From an uncultured Clostridia bacterium (GTDB lineage: Bacteria; Bacillota; Clostridia; Oscillospirales; CAG-272): 30,508 bases of DNA. The position numbers were made by a program, and so were the translations under genes. Below are positions 1 through 8,607 of the stretch, in pieces. The stretch spans positions 1 through 30,508 of the forward strand of contig CAJONA010000005.1 in assembly GCA_905235755.1 (NCBI GenBank), read 5' to 3'. Numbering within the stretch: the stretch's first letter is position 1; every line of letters starts with the position of its first letter. Below the pieces are notes generated by a model that made no database searches, had not been told where the DNA came from, and worked only from the letters and a program-made list of their open reading frames with translations.

Positions 1-577
1 GCGCGGTCTTGATGTCGAACACAAGATCTTTTATTTCTTCGTTCATCACGCAAATGCGTATGCCGCCGTAGCTGCGGCAAAACGACGCGTTGGGAGTCGT
101 ATCGGCTTCGTATTTATCATACGGCTGCGTCCCGAGGCATCCGTGCCCCGCATAGCACTCAAAAGCGACGCTTATTTTTTCACCCGCCGCGGCGTTTTTC
201 GATATTATCGCCGCCGTGTGCGCGCCGGTCAACGCCGCGCCTTTTGATGACAGCATACCCACAGGTCTGTCACCGACAAAACAAAGCGTTTCGACGGCGC
301 CGGTCTCGGGAATCGCGTACAGGATCTTTCCGTCGGCTTCCTCGGGAACCGTAACGTCGGCGCAAAGCCATATATTTTTGTATTCGCCGCCCCACTGCTC
401 GCCTGCATTTATCGGCGTCATACGATCTCTTTGCGGCGGAACGCGCAAATGCTCTTTTGTAACGAAAGCCAGGACGTTTTCCGCCTCACCTACGGTGCGG
501 AAGATACGCTTCGCATAAAAGGGAAGCGCGTCCTCGAATTTTTTATATGTTCGGTTTACGTATTTTTCAAAATTCAT
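1..577 (-). CDS. Alpha-mannosidase (GH38-like), N-terminal part; runs off the left edge
   Basis: Translated by hand from ATG at 577 (GGAG upstream): MNFEKYVNRTYKKFEDALPFYAKRIFRTVGE...QWGGEYKNIWLCADVTVPEEADGK...FECYAGH...ICVMNEEIKDLVFDIKTA. Resembles the N-terminus of clostridial GH38 mannosidases as I recall them. Absent from the ORF track because its stop is outside the window. Confidence 0.65.
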   Translation of the reverse strand, partial: MNFEKYVNRTYKKFEDALPFYAKRIFRTVGEAENVLAFVTKEHLRVPPQRDRMTPINAGEQWGGEYKNIWLCADVTVPEEADGKILYAIPETGAVETLCFVGDRPVGMLSSKGAALTGAHTAAIISKNAAAGEKISVAFECYAGHGCLGTQPYDKYEADTTPNASFCRSYGGIRICVMNEEIKDLVFDIKTA

Positions 578-792
578 ATTTTTCTCCGATCAGGCGGTCT
601 GCATAAAATATCGCGTAACAGCGATCTTTTTTCAATGTAAGTATAGCATGGATTTTTTGATTTTTCAAGACTTTGATGGCCATTTTAAAATAAAATATAT
701 CCGCGTTTCGTTTGTTTTAAATTTTATGAGCGAAAAATCAGTTTTTTCTTGTATGATCCGCTCATAATATATGCTGTTTGCATTGCTATAAC

Positions 793-824
793 AAAAGCAC
801 CACCCCTGCCGGAGTGATGCTTTT
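793..824. terminator. Probable intrinsic terminator after the HdeD-like gene
   Basis: AAAAGCACCACCCC-TGCC-GGAGTGATGCTTTT imperfect hairpin whose arms end in A and T tracts. Confidence 0.55.
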
Positions 825-853
825 AAGACGTGTATATCTTTCGAATTGATTTT

Positions 854-1408
854 TTATTCTTCAGTCGTTGTAGCCAGCGTGATTATATTCGCACCTGCGC
901 TGATGATACCGAGTCCGACGAATACGCCGATGACCGATGCCATGAGAAGCGGGTTGAACAGGCACAAAACGCCGAATACGCACAGCAGAATTCCGCTGCA
1001 AAGGGGAAGATACCAATGTGTTCCGAGTATTTTCGTGTCCCACTCTTTATGCAGGCGGCGAATTTTAAATGCGCGGACAATAGTAAAGATGCCGTGCAGC
1101 AGGATCCAAATAGCCGCATAATAAACAATAAACGTGTCTATGCCGAGCTGAAGCGCAACGCTGTTGAGAATAAAGAAGCCGAATACTGCGGAGATGATCG
1201 ATCCTGCGAGCATCCAACCGTCAGCAACACCGTCTTTCTTCTCCTGCAGCCAGCTTACAAAGCGACCTACGGCGTCAAATATCATGGACAGACCCACAAC
1301 GTAACCGAGTACCGCAGTTGTAGATACCGGTGAGAACATGCAGGAGATACCTCCGGCAATTATCAGGATACCTAAAATAACGGCTAAAACTTTTGCAACT
1401 TTTTTCAT
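854..1408 (-). CDS. HdeD/DUF308-family membrane protein
   Basis: 184 aa, about 6 hydrophobic helices in a repeated G-rich pattern. Confidence 0.8.
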   Translation of the reverse strand: MKKVAKVLAVILGILIIAGGISCMFSPVSTTAVLGYVVGLSMIFDAVGRFVSWLQEKKDGVADGWMLAGSIISAVFGFFILNSVALQLGIDTFIVYYAAIWILLHGIFTIVRAFKIRRLHKEWDTKILGTHWYLPLCSGILLCVFGVLCLFNPLLMASVIGVFVGLGIISAGANIITLATTTEE

Positions 1409-1448
1409 GTTTTCCTCCGATTGTAAATATATTTATTATTTTTTTAGT

Positions 1449-2030
1449 TTATTTGAAATCGCCGAATTTCGGATCCCACTGGATCACTTGATAGCTTGCG
1501 CCCAGTTCTTTGACATACGGATCTTCCTTCACGATCGCTTCCGCCTCAGCGGCATCGGAGACAGACAGTATGGACAATCCCGCTGACGGGTTGTTCTCAT
1601 AAGTTCCCGAAGCGCGAAGCTTTTTCTCGTCAAGCAGCTTCTTCAAGTATGTATCCCGAGCATCCTTGTATGCGGAGGCGTCGGTATTTTCCGGAAGCTC
1701 AAATGTCGCGCGGAAATATTTGGTGCCCTCTGCGTCGGGATCAGCCGGCTTTTCCATGCTTCCGCACTCGACATTCCACAAATTGACTGTTGAGGATGCA
1801 ACGAGCCCGTGAATGGAATAAGGATCGCCCGCTACAAGCTTATCCAGCTCTTCGCGATCTGTCACCTTGAAAACAAGCTGTGCGCTGCGCACCGGTGTTC
1901 CGACGCCAGGTCCGGATATCTGTAACTTGTCTTCTTTCAAGAGCTTTTTCAGATACTTGACGTGTGCGTGCAGATAAATCGCCCATCCGACGATTTTCGT
2001 GTGTGTGAACGTAACCACATAGTACTTCAT
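1449..2030 (-). CDS. Tandem YciI-like domain protein
   Basis: Two ~95 aa repeats (HVKYLKKLLKEDKLQISGP...DPY and DTYLKKLLDEKKLRASGT...DPY); the YciI His is present only in the first. Confidence 0.75.
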   Translation of the reverse strand: MKYYVVTFTHTKIVGWAIYLHAHVKYLKKLLKEDKLQISGPGVGTPVRSAQLVFKVTDREELDKLVAGDPYSIHGLVASSTVNLWNVECGSMEKPADPDAEGTKYFRATFELPENTDASAYKDARDTYLKKLLDEKKLRASGTYENNPSAGLSILSVSDAAEAEAIVKEDPYVKELGASYQVIQWDPKFGDFK

Positions 2031-2047
2031 GTGAATACCTCCTTAAT

Positions 2048-2530
2048 TTATAATATTTTTTTTAATTCGTTCATTCGTGCCTCGAAATCGACCGTACCGT
2101 ACTGATAATGCTCCTTGCTGGCGAGTTCCGATAACTTCAACTTGCGAAGTTCGTCGCAGAAAGACGCGTTAGCCCGCTCGAACGCAGACACGACCTTTTC
2201 TTCGCCCAGCGCAAATTCTTTGCCGTATACAAAAATTCTGCTTCCGATGCCTGACATTTTCAGATCACACTTCTCGCCTTCCAGCGCGGAGTAAATATCA
2301 TAAACGCTGATCTCCTCGATAGAGCGTGCGACCTGGAATCCGCCGTCTTTTCCCGGATTGGAAACGATAATATCGGCGAGAACGAGCTTTCGCAGGATCT
2401 TTTTGAGATATGAATCGGAAACGTATAGTATGGAGCTCAAAGTCGTACTTCGCAGCGGTCGGTGGTCTTTTTCGAGAGAGAGGATCAACACAACATAAAT
2501 TCCTTGTTCTACGCAATGATTGATGATCAT
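2048..2530 (-). CDS. Rrf2-family transcriptional regulator (no Fe-S Cys triad)
   Basis: wHTH signature SDSYLKKILRKLVLADIIVSNPGKDGGFQVARSIEEISVYDIYSALEG. Confidence 0.9.
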   Translation of the reverse strand: MIINHCVEQGIYVVLILSLEKDHRPLRSTTLSSILYVSDSYLKKILRKLVLADIIVSNPGKDGGFQVARSIEEISVYDIYSALEGEKCDLKMSGIGSRIFVYGKEFALGEEKVVSAFERANASFCDELRKLKLSELASKEHYQYGTVDFEARMNELKKIL

Positions 2531-2561
2531 AGCCGATTTTCATCTCCTTCCTTTCGTGGAT

Positions 2562-2590
2562 ATTATACATCTATGGATAAAAAATGTCAA
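2562..2590 (-). promoter_or_regulatory. SigmaA promoter of the Rrf2-YciI-HdeD operon with a possible operator
   Basis: Minus strand TTGACA-17 bp-TATAAT; overlapped by imperfect palindrome TATACAT-CT-ATGGATA and two TGGATA repeats. Confidence 0.75.
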
Positions 2591-2740
2591 TATATTTTTT
2601 AAAATTTTTTCATTTTTTACAAAAAATATTCGATGAACGAGCAGTATGCCTTAAAGTCGGGGCGGAGAAGAACGGCGCGCCGCTGCCGGATATATTAAAA
2701 TATATTCACAAAAAACGATTTATTATCCATCAAAAAAACA

Positions 2741-2777
2741 AAACAGCCTTGAAAACCTTGTGTTCTCAAAGCTGTTT
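2741..2777 (-). terminator. Intrinsic terminator after the amidohydrolase gene
   Basis: AAACAGCCTTGAAAAC / GTTCTCAAAGCTGTTT stem followed by a T tract on the minus strand. Confidence 0.7.
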
Positions 2778-2817
2778 CGCTGACAAGCGCAATGCGATCC
2801 GCATTGGCGGTCCTTTT

Positions 2818-3828
2818 TTAATTCAAATGCAAGAGTTTTTCGGCGTTTATATGCGCAATAAGCTCCTTTTCTCCTTCCGTCAAATCGGAATTCAAAAGGA
2901 AGTCTGCGCTGCACGTTTCGAACGGAATATACGGATAATCCAAAGCCCATATGATATGCTCCGCGCCGAACACCTTGACCATATATTCAAGTTGATCTTT
3001 TGACAGAATACCGCTCGGCGTGTACCAGATATTTTCGTGAAAATAGTCGGAGATCTTCTTTTTCAGTCCCGTCGTCTGCGGGCGCATGATCTGATCCATG
3101 CGGTCGAGCATTGCGGGAATCGTTTCTCCCCAGTGCCCGGCGATGAATTTCAGATTCGGCAACTTATCGAATATACCGGAAAGAACCATTCTTGTTATGT
3201 GCAGGCCGACATCGAGATGCCATCCGAAACCCGCCGTGGCAAACTGCATTCCCACGGCAAGAGAATAATTATCCGAAAAATAATAATGCGTTTGGATCTT
3301 CGCGTTCGGAAATTCGGGATGCCATGAGATCGGAACGTCCAGCTCCGCCGCTTTTTCAAAGATCGGGAAAAACATCGGATCGTCATAGAACTTGCCCTGC
3401 CATTGCCCGGTGATCAACGCGCCGACAAAATGCAGATCCTTTACACACCGTTCAAGCTCCTTTGCCGCTTCTGCGGGGGCTGCCATCGGGAGCGTCGCAA
3501 ACGCCGCAAAGCGGTCGGGATGCTTCCGCACGATGTCGGCAAGGATGTCGTTTGCCTCTTTGCAGATGCGTACAGCCTCTTGCGGCGGGACCGTATCGGG
3601 TACGGGGGCGGTGTAACTCAACACCTGTATATCGACGTTCTGTTTCCGCATAAAATCGAATCGCACGGTATCGACATCGGTCAAATTGTCGCCGGTAAAA
3701 CGCATGGAATTGTATGCGTCGCGCATTTTTTCGGGCAGCTCCGCCATATTGGACGAACCTCCGTATTTTGCGGATTCATCGACGATTCGCTTATCGGCGT
3801 AGTGTTCTTCTATCGTTATGATCTTCAT
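2818..3828 (-). CDS. Amidohydrolase_2 family protein (aromatic-acid decarboxylase-like)
   Basis: IITIEEHY, HPEF, GHWGE and ALDYPY motifs; start placed at ATG 3828 (AGGA upstream) rather than 3849. Confidence 0.85.
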   Translation of the reverse strand: MKIITIEEHYADKRIVDESAKYGGSSNMAELPEKMRDAYNSMRFTGDNLTDVDTVRFDFMRKQNVDIQVLSYTAPVPDTVPPQEAVRICKEANDILADIVRKHPDRFAAFATLPMAAPAEAAKELERCVKDLHFVGALITGQWQGKFYDDPMFFPIFEKAAELDVPISWHPEFPNAKIQTHYYFSDNYSLAVGMQFATAGFGWHLDVGLHITRMVLSGIFDKLPNLKFIAGHWGETIPAMLDRMDQIMRPQTTGLKKKISDYFHENIWYTPSGILSKDQLEYMVKVFGAEHIIWALDYPYIPFETCSADFLLNSDLTEGEKELIAHINAEKLLHLN

Positions 3829-3829
3829 A

Positions 3830-4696
3830 TCAATTTTCCTCGATCCCACAGAATTCGAGACTTTTTGCCCACAATTCTTCTTGGTTTTCTTTGTTGTAGG
3901 AAAGCTCCGATGAGCGTTTCGTGTTTATGCTTCTGTCGAAATACGCGCCCGAAACTTCGGCAAATCTGTCGTCGGCTGCGATTTGCGCCAACGCGTCGGA
4001 TGAGCTTTCAAGCTCGCCGTAACGATCGGGCATTGTGGTCTTAACGACAAGAGACCTCGCCTTATCGGCGTGACCGCCGGAAAAATTGGTTGCCGCCATG
4101 AATCCGGGGTTAAATGAATTTACGGTAACGGCCATCTCTTGACTTTTAAGAATTTCATCCAATTTGTGTGTAAAATAAATTAAGCAGAGTTTGGAATATG
4201 CATATCTTTGCCGATCGTTCAACGCCTCGTGAGCCAAATATTCCGCTCCGTTCCACTTGATTCCTCCGGGCGGATTATGCATATCGCTGGTGACGTTGAT
4301 GATCCTTCCGCCGTGAGAAAAGCGGGACAAAAGAAGCTGCGTCAGCAGAAAATGTCCCAGATAGTTCGTTGCAAAAACCACCTCAAAGCCTTCCGCCGTT
4401 GTCCCGCTTTCACGCATGGGCGAGATCCCGGCGTTATTGATCAGCACATCGACCGTGCCGTATTCCTTTATATAGTTGTCCGCAAATGCTCTCACGGAAG
4501 ACAAAAGGGAAGTGTCGAGCTTCATTGTAACTATGTTGTCGTTTCCCGTGGCGTCTATAATGTTCGCCTTTGCCTGCGCGGCTTTCACATCATTTCTGCA
4601 AGCAAGAATCAGTCTGTAATCTTTATTTTTTGCAATCTTTTTTGCCGTTTCAAATCCAAGGCCGGAATTTGCTCCGGTGATAATCACATTTTTCAT
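3830..4696 (-). CDS. Short-chain dehydrogenase/reductase
   Basis: TGANSGLG, NNAG and YAYSK motifs. Confidence 0.92.
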   Translation of the reverse strand: MKNVIITGANSGLGFETAKKIAKNKDYRLILACRNDVKAAQAKANIIDATGNDNIVTMKLDTSLLSSVRAFADNYIKEYGTVDVLINNAGISPMRESGTTAEGFEVVFATNYLGHFLLTQLLLSRFSHGGRIINVTSDMHNPPGGIKWNGAEYLAHEALNDRQRYAYSKLCLIYFTHKLDEILKSQEMAVTVNSFNPGFMAATNFSGGHADKARSLVVKTTMPDRYGELESSSDALAQIAADDRFAEVSGAYFDRSINTKRSSELSYNKENQEELWAKSLEFCGIEEN

Positions 4697-4710
4697 ATAT
4701 GTCGCCTCCT

Positions 4711-5103
4711 TTATAAAAGTTGTTTGCAGTTTCCCGCCATATCCAAAAGGACTGCGTGCGAGTCCTCCAAATGGAATATTGCCATTTTATATCCGGTTTT
4801 TTCATTGTAAACGTTTTTTAAATGCGGCAGCATTTCAAGAACTCTTTCCGCGTATTTCGGTTCGTCGTCAAATACCGCTTTCCCTGTGTATCTGATCCAT
4901 TGTCTGTTTTTGTAGGCAACGATCTCGACCAACGGGTTATCCGTTATTTGTTTATAGACATCCTTGTGATCGCCTATGGTAAAAAAGATTTTCCCGTCCT
5001 CTTCCAGATGAGCGCCGAGCGGCCTTACTTTCGGCTGCTTTCCGTCTTCTGTCGCAAGGAAAAACACACCTGCTTCCGTAAGAAAATCATTCAGTTCACT
5101 CAT
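4711..5103 (-). CDS. Pyridoxamine 5'-phosphate oxidase-like (NimC/NimA-type) flavin-binding protein
   Basis: FFLATEDGKQPKVRPL...KDVYKQITDNPLVEI...WIRYTGKAVF pattern. Confidence 0.85.
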   Translation of the reverse strand: MSELNDFLTEAGVFFLATEDGKQPKVRPLGAHLEEDGKIFFTIGDHKDVYKQITDNPLVEIVAYKNRQWIRYTGKAVFDDEPKYAERVLEMLPHLKNVYNEKTGYKMAIFHLEDSHAVLLDMAGNCKQLL

Positions 5104-5122
5104 TACTTTTTCTCCTTTGAAT

Positions 5123-6145
5123 TTATTTCACATAAAGCGCAACTCTGAAAGTTACGTTCGGATGATGATTGTTGCCCGGAAGAGGATCTCTGATCGCCGC
5201 CGGATATCTGCTGCCGGGGCAGGGGCCGCCCATGAGGTTGTAGCCGCCGCTTCGCATTACGTAATTGTCCGAGCCGTAGCGTTCCTGCGTCCATTCCCAG
5301 TTGTTGCCGGCAAGATCATAGATGTTGTTCGACTTCGCTTCTTCCCATTGCCCGGTGGTGTTTCCGCGCGCGTTCGGCGAGAACGCGTCGTTTGAATAAT
5401 TGCCCCAGCTCGTGCTGTCGCTTTTCACTTCGTTTTCCGTCTTGTCGCCCGAATCTATCAGCCATTGAAGCGTCGTGTCATAATTTATTCCCCAAGGGAA
5501 AAAGCCTTGAACGGTATCGTTGTCGGCGTATAGATTTTCGCACGCGCCGACAGTATCCTGCGGTGAGAACTGCACCCAGATCTTGCCCTGAGACGCGTCC
5601 GTTATCCTTTTGCTCGCGGGCAAGCCGTTTGCACCCTTGCTCGCTTCATACCGTCCCATATAGAACCCGCCGTATTTTTCGACGCTTTCCGTCATAGCAC
5701 GATATGCGTCAAGGCTCGTATCGTCCCGATAGCCCGATAGCGAGCCGCCCGAAAAATAGCTTCCGAAATCGTGCCTTTTGAACGCCGTTTCGGTCGTCGG
5801 TACCCATACGAACTCGCTTCCGTCCGGACCTATGACGACAAGCCCCGCGTCGACAGTGTGCTCGTCCTCTTTTTCGGACACTTTGAAATTTGCCGGAATG
5901 ACGGCTATATCGCCGTTTGCGTCGATATATTTGCTTTTAACGGCGGCGACGTTACCTGCAAGAACGACAGGCAGTTCCGAAATTTGCAATTCGTCATTGT
6001 TCGATATGATCTCGGTTGTACTGCCCGATGTGATCTCGCCCGTTTCCTTATCGATTGTTGATTGAGTTGTAATCGGTTCCGCGGCGCATGCGGTAAGCAT
6101 GACTGCCAATGTAAGCGCCATTATCGTAATACAAATCTTTTTCAC
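5123..6145 (-). CDS. Lipoprotein with FGE-sulfatase/C-type-lectin-fold C-terminal domain
   Basis: Lipobox LTAC after a signal peptide; GGFYMGRYEAS, NNIYDLAGNNWEWTQE and TFRVALYVK motifs. Confidence 0.8.
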   Translation of the reverse strand: MKKICITIMALTLAVMLTACAAEPITTQSTIDKETGEITSGSTTEIISNNDELQISELPVVLAGNVAAVKSKYIDANGDIAVIPANFKVSEKEDEHTVDAGLVVIGPDGSEFVWVPTTETAFKRHDFGSYFSGGSLSGYRDDTSLDAYRAMTESVEKYGGFYMGRYEASKGANGLPASKRITDASQGKIWVQFSPQDTVGACENLYADNDTVQGFFPWGINYDTTLQWLIDSGDKTENEVKSDSTSWGNYSNDAFSPNARGNTTGQWEEAKSNNIYDLAGNNWEWTQERYGSDNYVMRSGGYNLMGGPCPGSRYPAAIRDPLPGNNHHPNVTFRVALYVK

Positions 6146-6165
6146 AGCGTTTTCCTCCCTTTACG

Positions 6166-6981
6166 TTAACGTATTCTTTTTATCTTTTTGCACTTTTTAA
6201 CGCCTCTCGCGTATTCGTATTTCGGATAGCCGAAACCGATCACGGTCAACAGCCTGTGACTGTCGGGAATACCGAGAAACTCTTTTGCGCGTTTGCTCTT
6301 TGACAGCATTTCCGCGGAATAGGTGGAAATGACCGTTCCCAATCCGTAGGCGTTTGCCAACAGTTCAAAGTATGCCGAGGCAAGCCCGATCTCCGTCAAG
6401 CCGCCGTCTTGAAATCGTTCGCCGACAGCCTTGTGCGCGATGAACAAATGCGGCGCGTCATAAAGGCGCAATGCACTGAGGTCGTCATCGTCTTCTTCAA
6501 AAATGCTCATCTGTACGGCGTCTCCGAATACGGCGCGATAGAGCCCTTTCATTTTTTCTCTCGACTCCACGACGCAAAATTCCAAACTTTGATTGTTTCC
6601 GCCTGTCGGCACGGCGCTTACCGCTTTCAGAATTTCGTCGATAACGTTTTTCTCAACATCAGCTTTTCGAAAGGCCCGGCACGAACGGCGGAATTGCATG
6701 AGCTTTGACAGCTCTTTCCGAACGGAAGGATCGGGTTTTGCGGCAACTTCTTCCGGAGATATGCCGAAAACGGAAATCGCGCCCGTAGGACATACTGCGA
6801 AACAATGCTGACACTTCCAGCACCCTTTCCATCCGAAGTTCGTCTGATCGACCATCACGGGATGATCGTTTTCAAACCTTAACACATCGCCGCCCACCAT
6901 GTTTCTGGGACAAACGGCAAGACACTTTCCGCAGCCGATACATTTCTCGGCGTTTATTTTAAATTTTGCGCTTTCATTCAT
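6166..6981 (-). CDS. Nitroreductase with N-terminal 2x[4Fe-4S] domain
   Basis: CIGCGKCLAVCP and CWKCQHCFAVCP; RRSCRAF, PTGGNNQ and GFGYP nitroreductase motifs. Confidence 0.9.
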   Translation of the reverse strand: MNESAKFKINAEKCIGCGKCLAVCPRNMVGGDVLRFENDHPVMVDQTNFGWKGCWKCQHCFAVCPTGAISVFGISPEEVAAKPDPSVRKELSKLMQFRRSCRAFRKADVEKNVIDEILKAVSAVPTGGNNQSLEFCVVESREKMKGLYRAVFGDAVQMSIFEEDDDDLSALRLYDAPHLFIAHKAVGERFQDGGLTEIGLASAYFELLANAYGLGTVISTYSAEMLSKSKRAKEFLGIPDSHRLLTVIGFGYPKYEYARGVKKCKKIKRIR

Positions 6982-7057
6982 GATAAACCTCGCTTAAATA
7001 AATTTGTAAGCAGCTAAATGGGAGAACTGCTTTTTTTGCGCCGCTCACCGTTATTTT

Positions 7058-7102
7058 CGTAGTTTCCTACATAATTATATCGTAGTTTCCTACGTTTGTC
7101 AA
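7058..7102 (-). promoter_or_regulatory. SigmaA promoter of the nitroreductase operon with two operator-like sites
   Basis: Minus strand TTGACA(7097-7102)-17 bp-TATAAT(7074-7079); CGTAGTTTCCTAC occurs at 7058-7070 and 7081-7093. Confidence 0.8.
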
Positions 7103-7242
7103 TACTATTTGAATATTTGTCCCGAAAAAATAATTTTTTCGGTGCACGCTATGCTCTATGCCGATCGGACAAACGGTTGATTCGGATCAAAAAAGTTACC
7201 CACCGGATCACATCCGGTGGGTATTCGTTTTCGGGCATAGCC

Positions 7243-8400
7243 CTATTTTTCAAAATCATCCTTATAAGTATCCAAAAAATTATGTTCCACGCCGTTCTTT
7301 TTATATGAAATGAGCGTGTCGAGGCAGACGTTGCTCGTGCTGTTGAAGATGTTGATATCGACATTCGGATTTGTTTCTTTCAATCTGCGTATGAGCATCT
7401 TTGTTTCCATCCGTTTCGAGATCGGCGCACCGTCATCACGACAGGAGCTGCATGTATCCGTAAAGTGACAGGCGCATTGGATAAAATGAAGTCCGTGATA
7501 GTCGCGCCACTCTTTGATATCGTCCTCATGCACTAAATACATCGGACGGATGAGTTCCATTCCGGGGAAGTTCGTGCTGTGCAGTTTCGGCATCATGCCT
7601 TGCATTTGTCCGCCCCACATCATCCCCATCAACGTCGTTTCGATCACGTCGTCAAAATGATGCCCGAGCGCGATCTTGTTGCAGCCGAGCTCCCGCGCCT
7701 TGTTGTAAAGATATCCCCGCCGCATTCGCGCGCAAAGGTAGCACGGTGACTTTTCGATTTTATATACCGCGTCGAAGATCGACGTTTCAAAGATCTGTAT
7801 GGGAATGCCGAGCATTTCCGCGTTGTTCTCGATGATCAGGCGGTTCAGCTCGTTGTACCCCGGATCCATCACCAAAAACACAAGCTCGAAATCAAATTTG
7901 CGGTGCCGTTTCAATTCCTGAAAGAGCTTTGCCATGAGCATTGAATCCTTGCCGCCCGAAATGCACACGGCGATCCTGTCGCCCTGCTCGACAAGCTCGT
8001 ACTTCACAACAGCTTTGACAAACGGATTAAACAGCTTCTCCTTGAATTTTCTGCGGCTGCGGAGGGATTCCTCTATCTCGGCGGAGCGGTCGGTCTTGAC
8101 AAGTTGTTTTCTCAGCCACTCGGAATATCCTCCGCTCAGGCTGAATGCGTCAAAACCGAGGCGGCGCAGCCGCTCGCACAAAAGCACACTTTGCGTCCCG
8201 TGCATACAAAACAGGATGATTTTTTTATCATTCGGCAGTATGCCGTTTTCGGCTTGACCTATGATATCCGACGGGTTTTCCGCGCCCGGGATCGTACCGT
8301 AAGAAAAGGATATTTCGTCGCGGATATCGTAAAGAACGTACGTGCTTTCGGGCAGATCGGCAAGCTGTTCTATTGTTATGCTGTATTCATCCGTTTTCAA
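7243..8400 (-). CDS. ttcA: Rhodanese domain fused to TtcA-family tRNA 2-thiocytidine synthetase
   Basis: N-terminal ~100 aa rhodanese (YDIRD, IPGA, FCMHGTQS, LSGGY); PP-loop SGGKDS, CYLC, GHHFDD, LIRPM and C-terminal Cys cluster; TTG start. Confidence 0.82.
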   Translation of the reverse strand: MKTDEYSITIEQLADLPESTYVLYDIRDEISFSYGTIPGAENPSDIIGQAENGILPNDKKIILFCMHGTQSVLLCERLRRLGFDAFSLSGGYSEWLRKQLVKTDRSAEIEESLRSRRKFKEKLFNPFVKAVVKYELVEQGDRIAVCISGGKDSMLMAKLFQELKRHRKFDFELVFLVMDPGYNELNRLIIENNAEMLGIPIQIFETSIFDAVYKIEKSPCYLCARMRRGYLYNKARELGCNKIALGHHFDDVIETTLMGMMWGGQMQGMMPKLHSTNFPGMELIRPMYLVHEDDIKEWRDYHGLHFIQCACHFTDTCSSCRDDGAPISKRMETKMLIRRLKETNPNVDINIFNSTSNVCLDTLISYKKNGVEHNFLDTYKDDFEK

Positions 8401-8494
8401 TCACGCAGCCCCCATTTCCGTAACGTAAGCCGATGCCGATACACAATATCGGCTCGTTTTCAAGCGCATAAAGCACATGTGTTTAATGTGTTAC

Positions 8495-8523
8495 ATTATA
8501 ATTGTAAAGAAGCCGGTTGTCAA
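8495..8523 (-). promoter_or_regulatory. SigmaA promoter for the ttcA fusion gene
   Basis: Minus strand TTGACA-17 bp-TATAAT. Confidence 0.75.
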
Positions 8524-8607
8524 TAGAGATGGGATCATTTTTGCATAAATTTCGCCTGCCAAAAAAACCGATGGGAATATACTTTGTCACATTCTTTTTT
8601 CTTTATC

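Noticed and set aside
5123-5400. C-type-lectin-fold C-terminus of the lipoprotein as a DGR variable region
   Set aside because: No second copy (template repeat), no reverse transcriptase and no avd-like gene seen in the window; the gene sits in an ordinary operon
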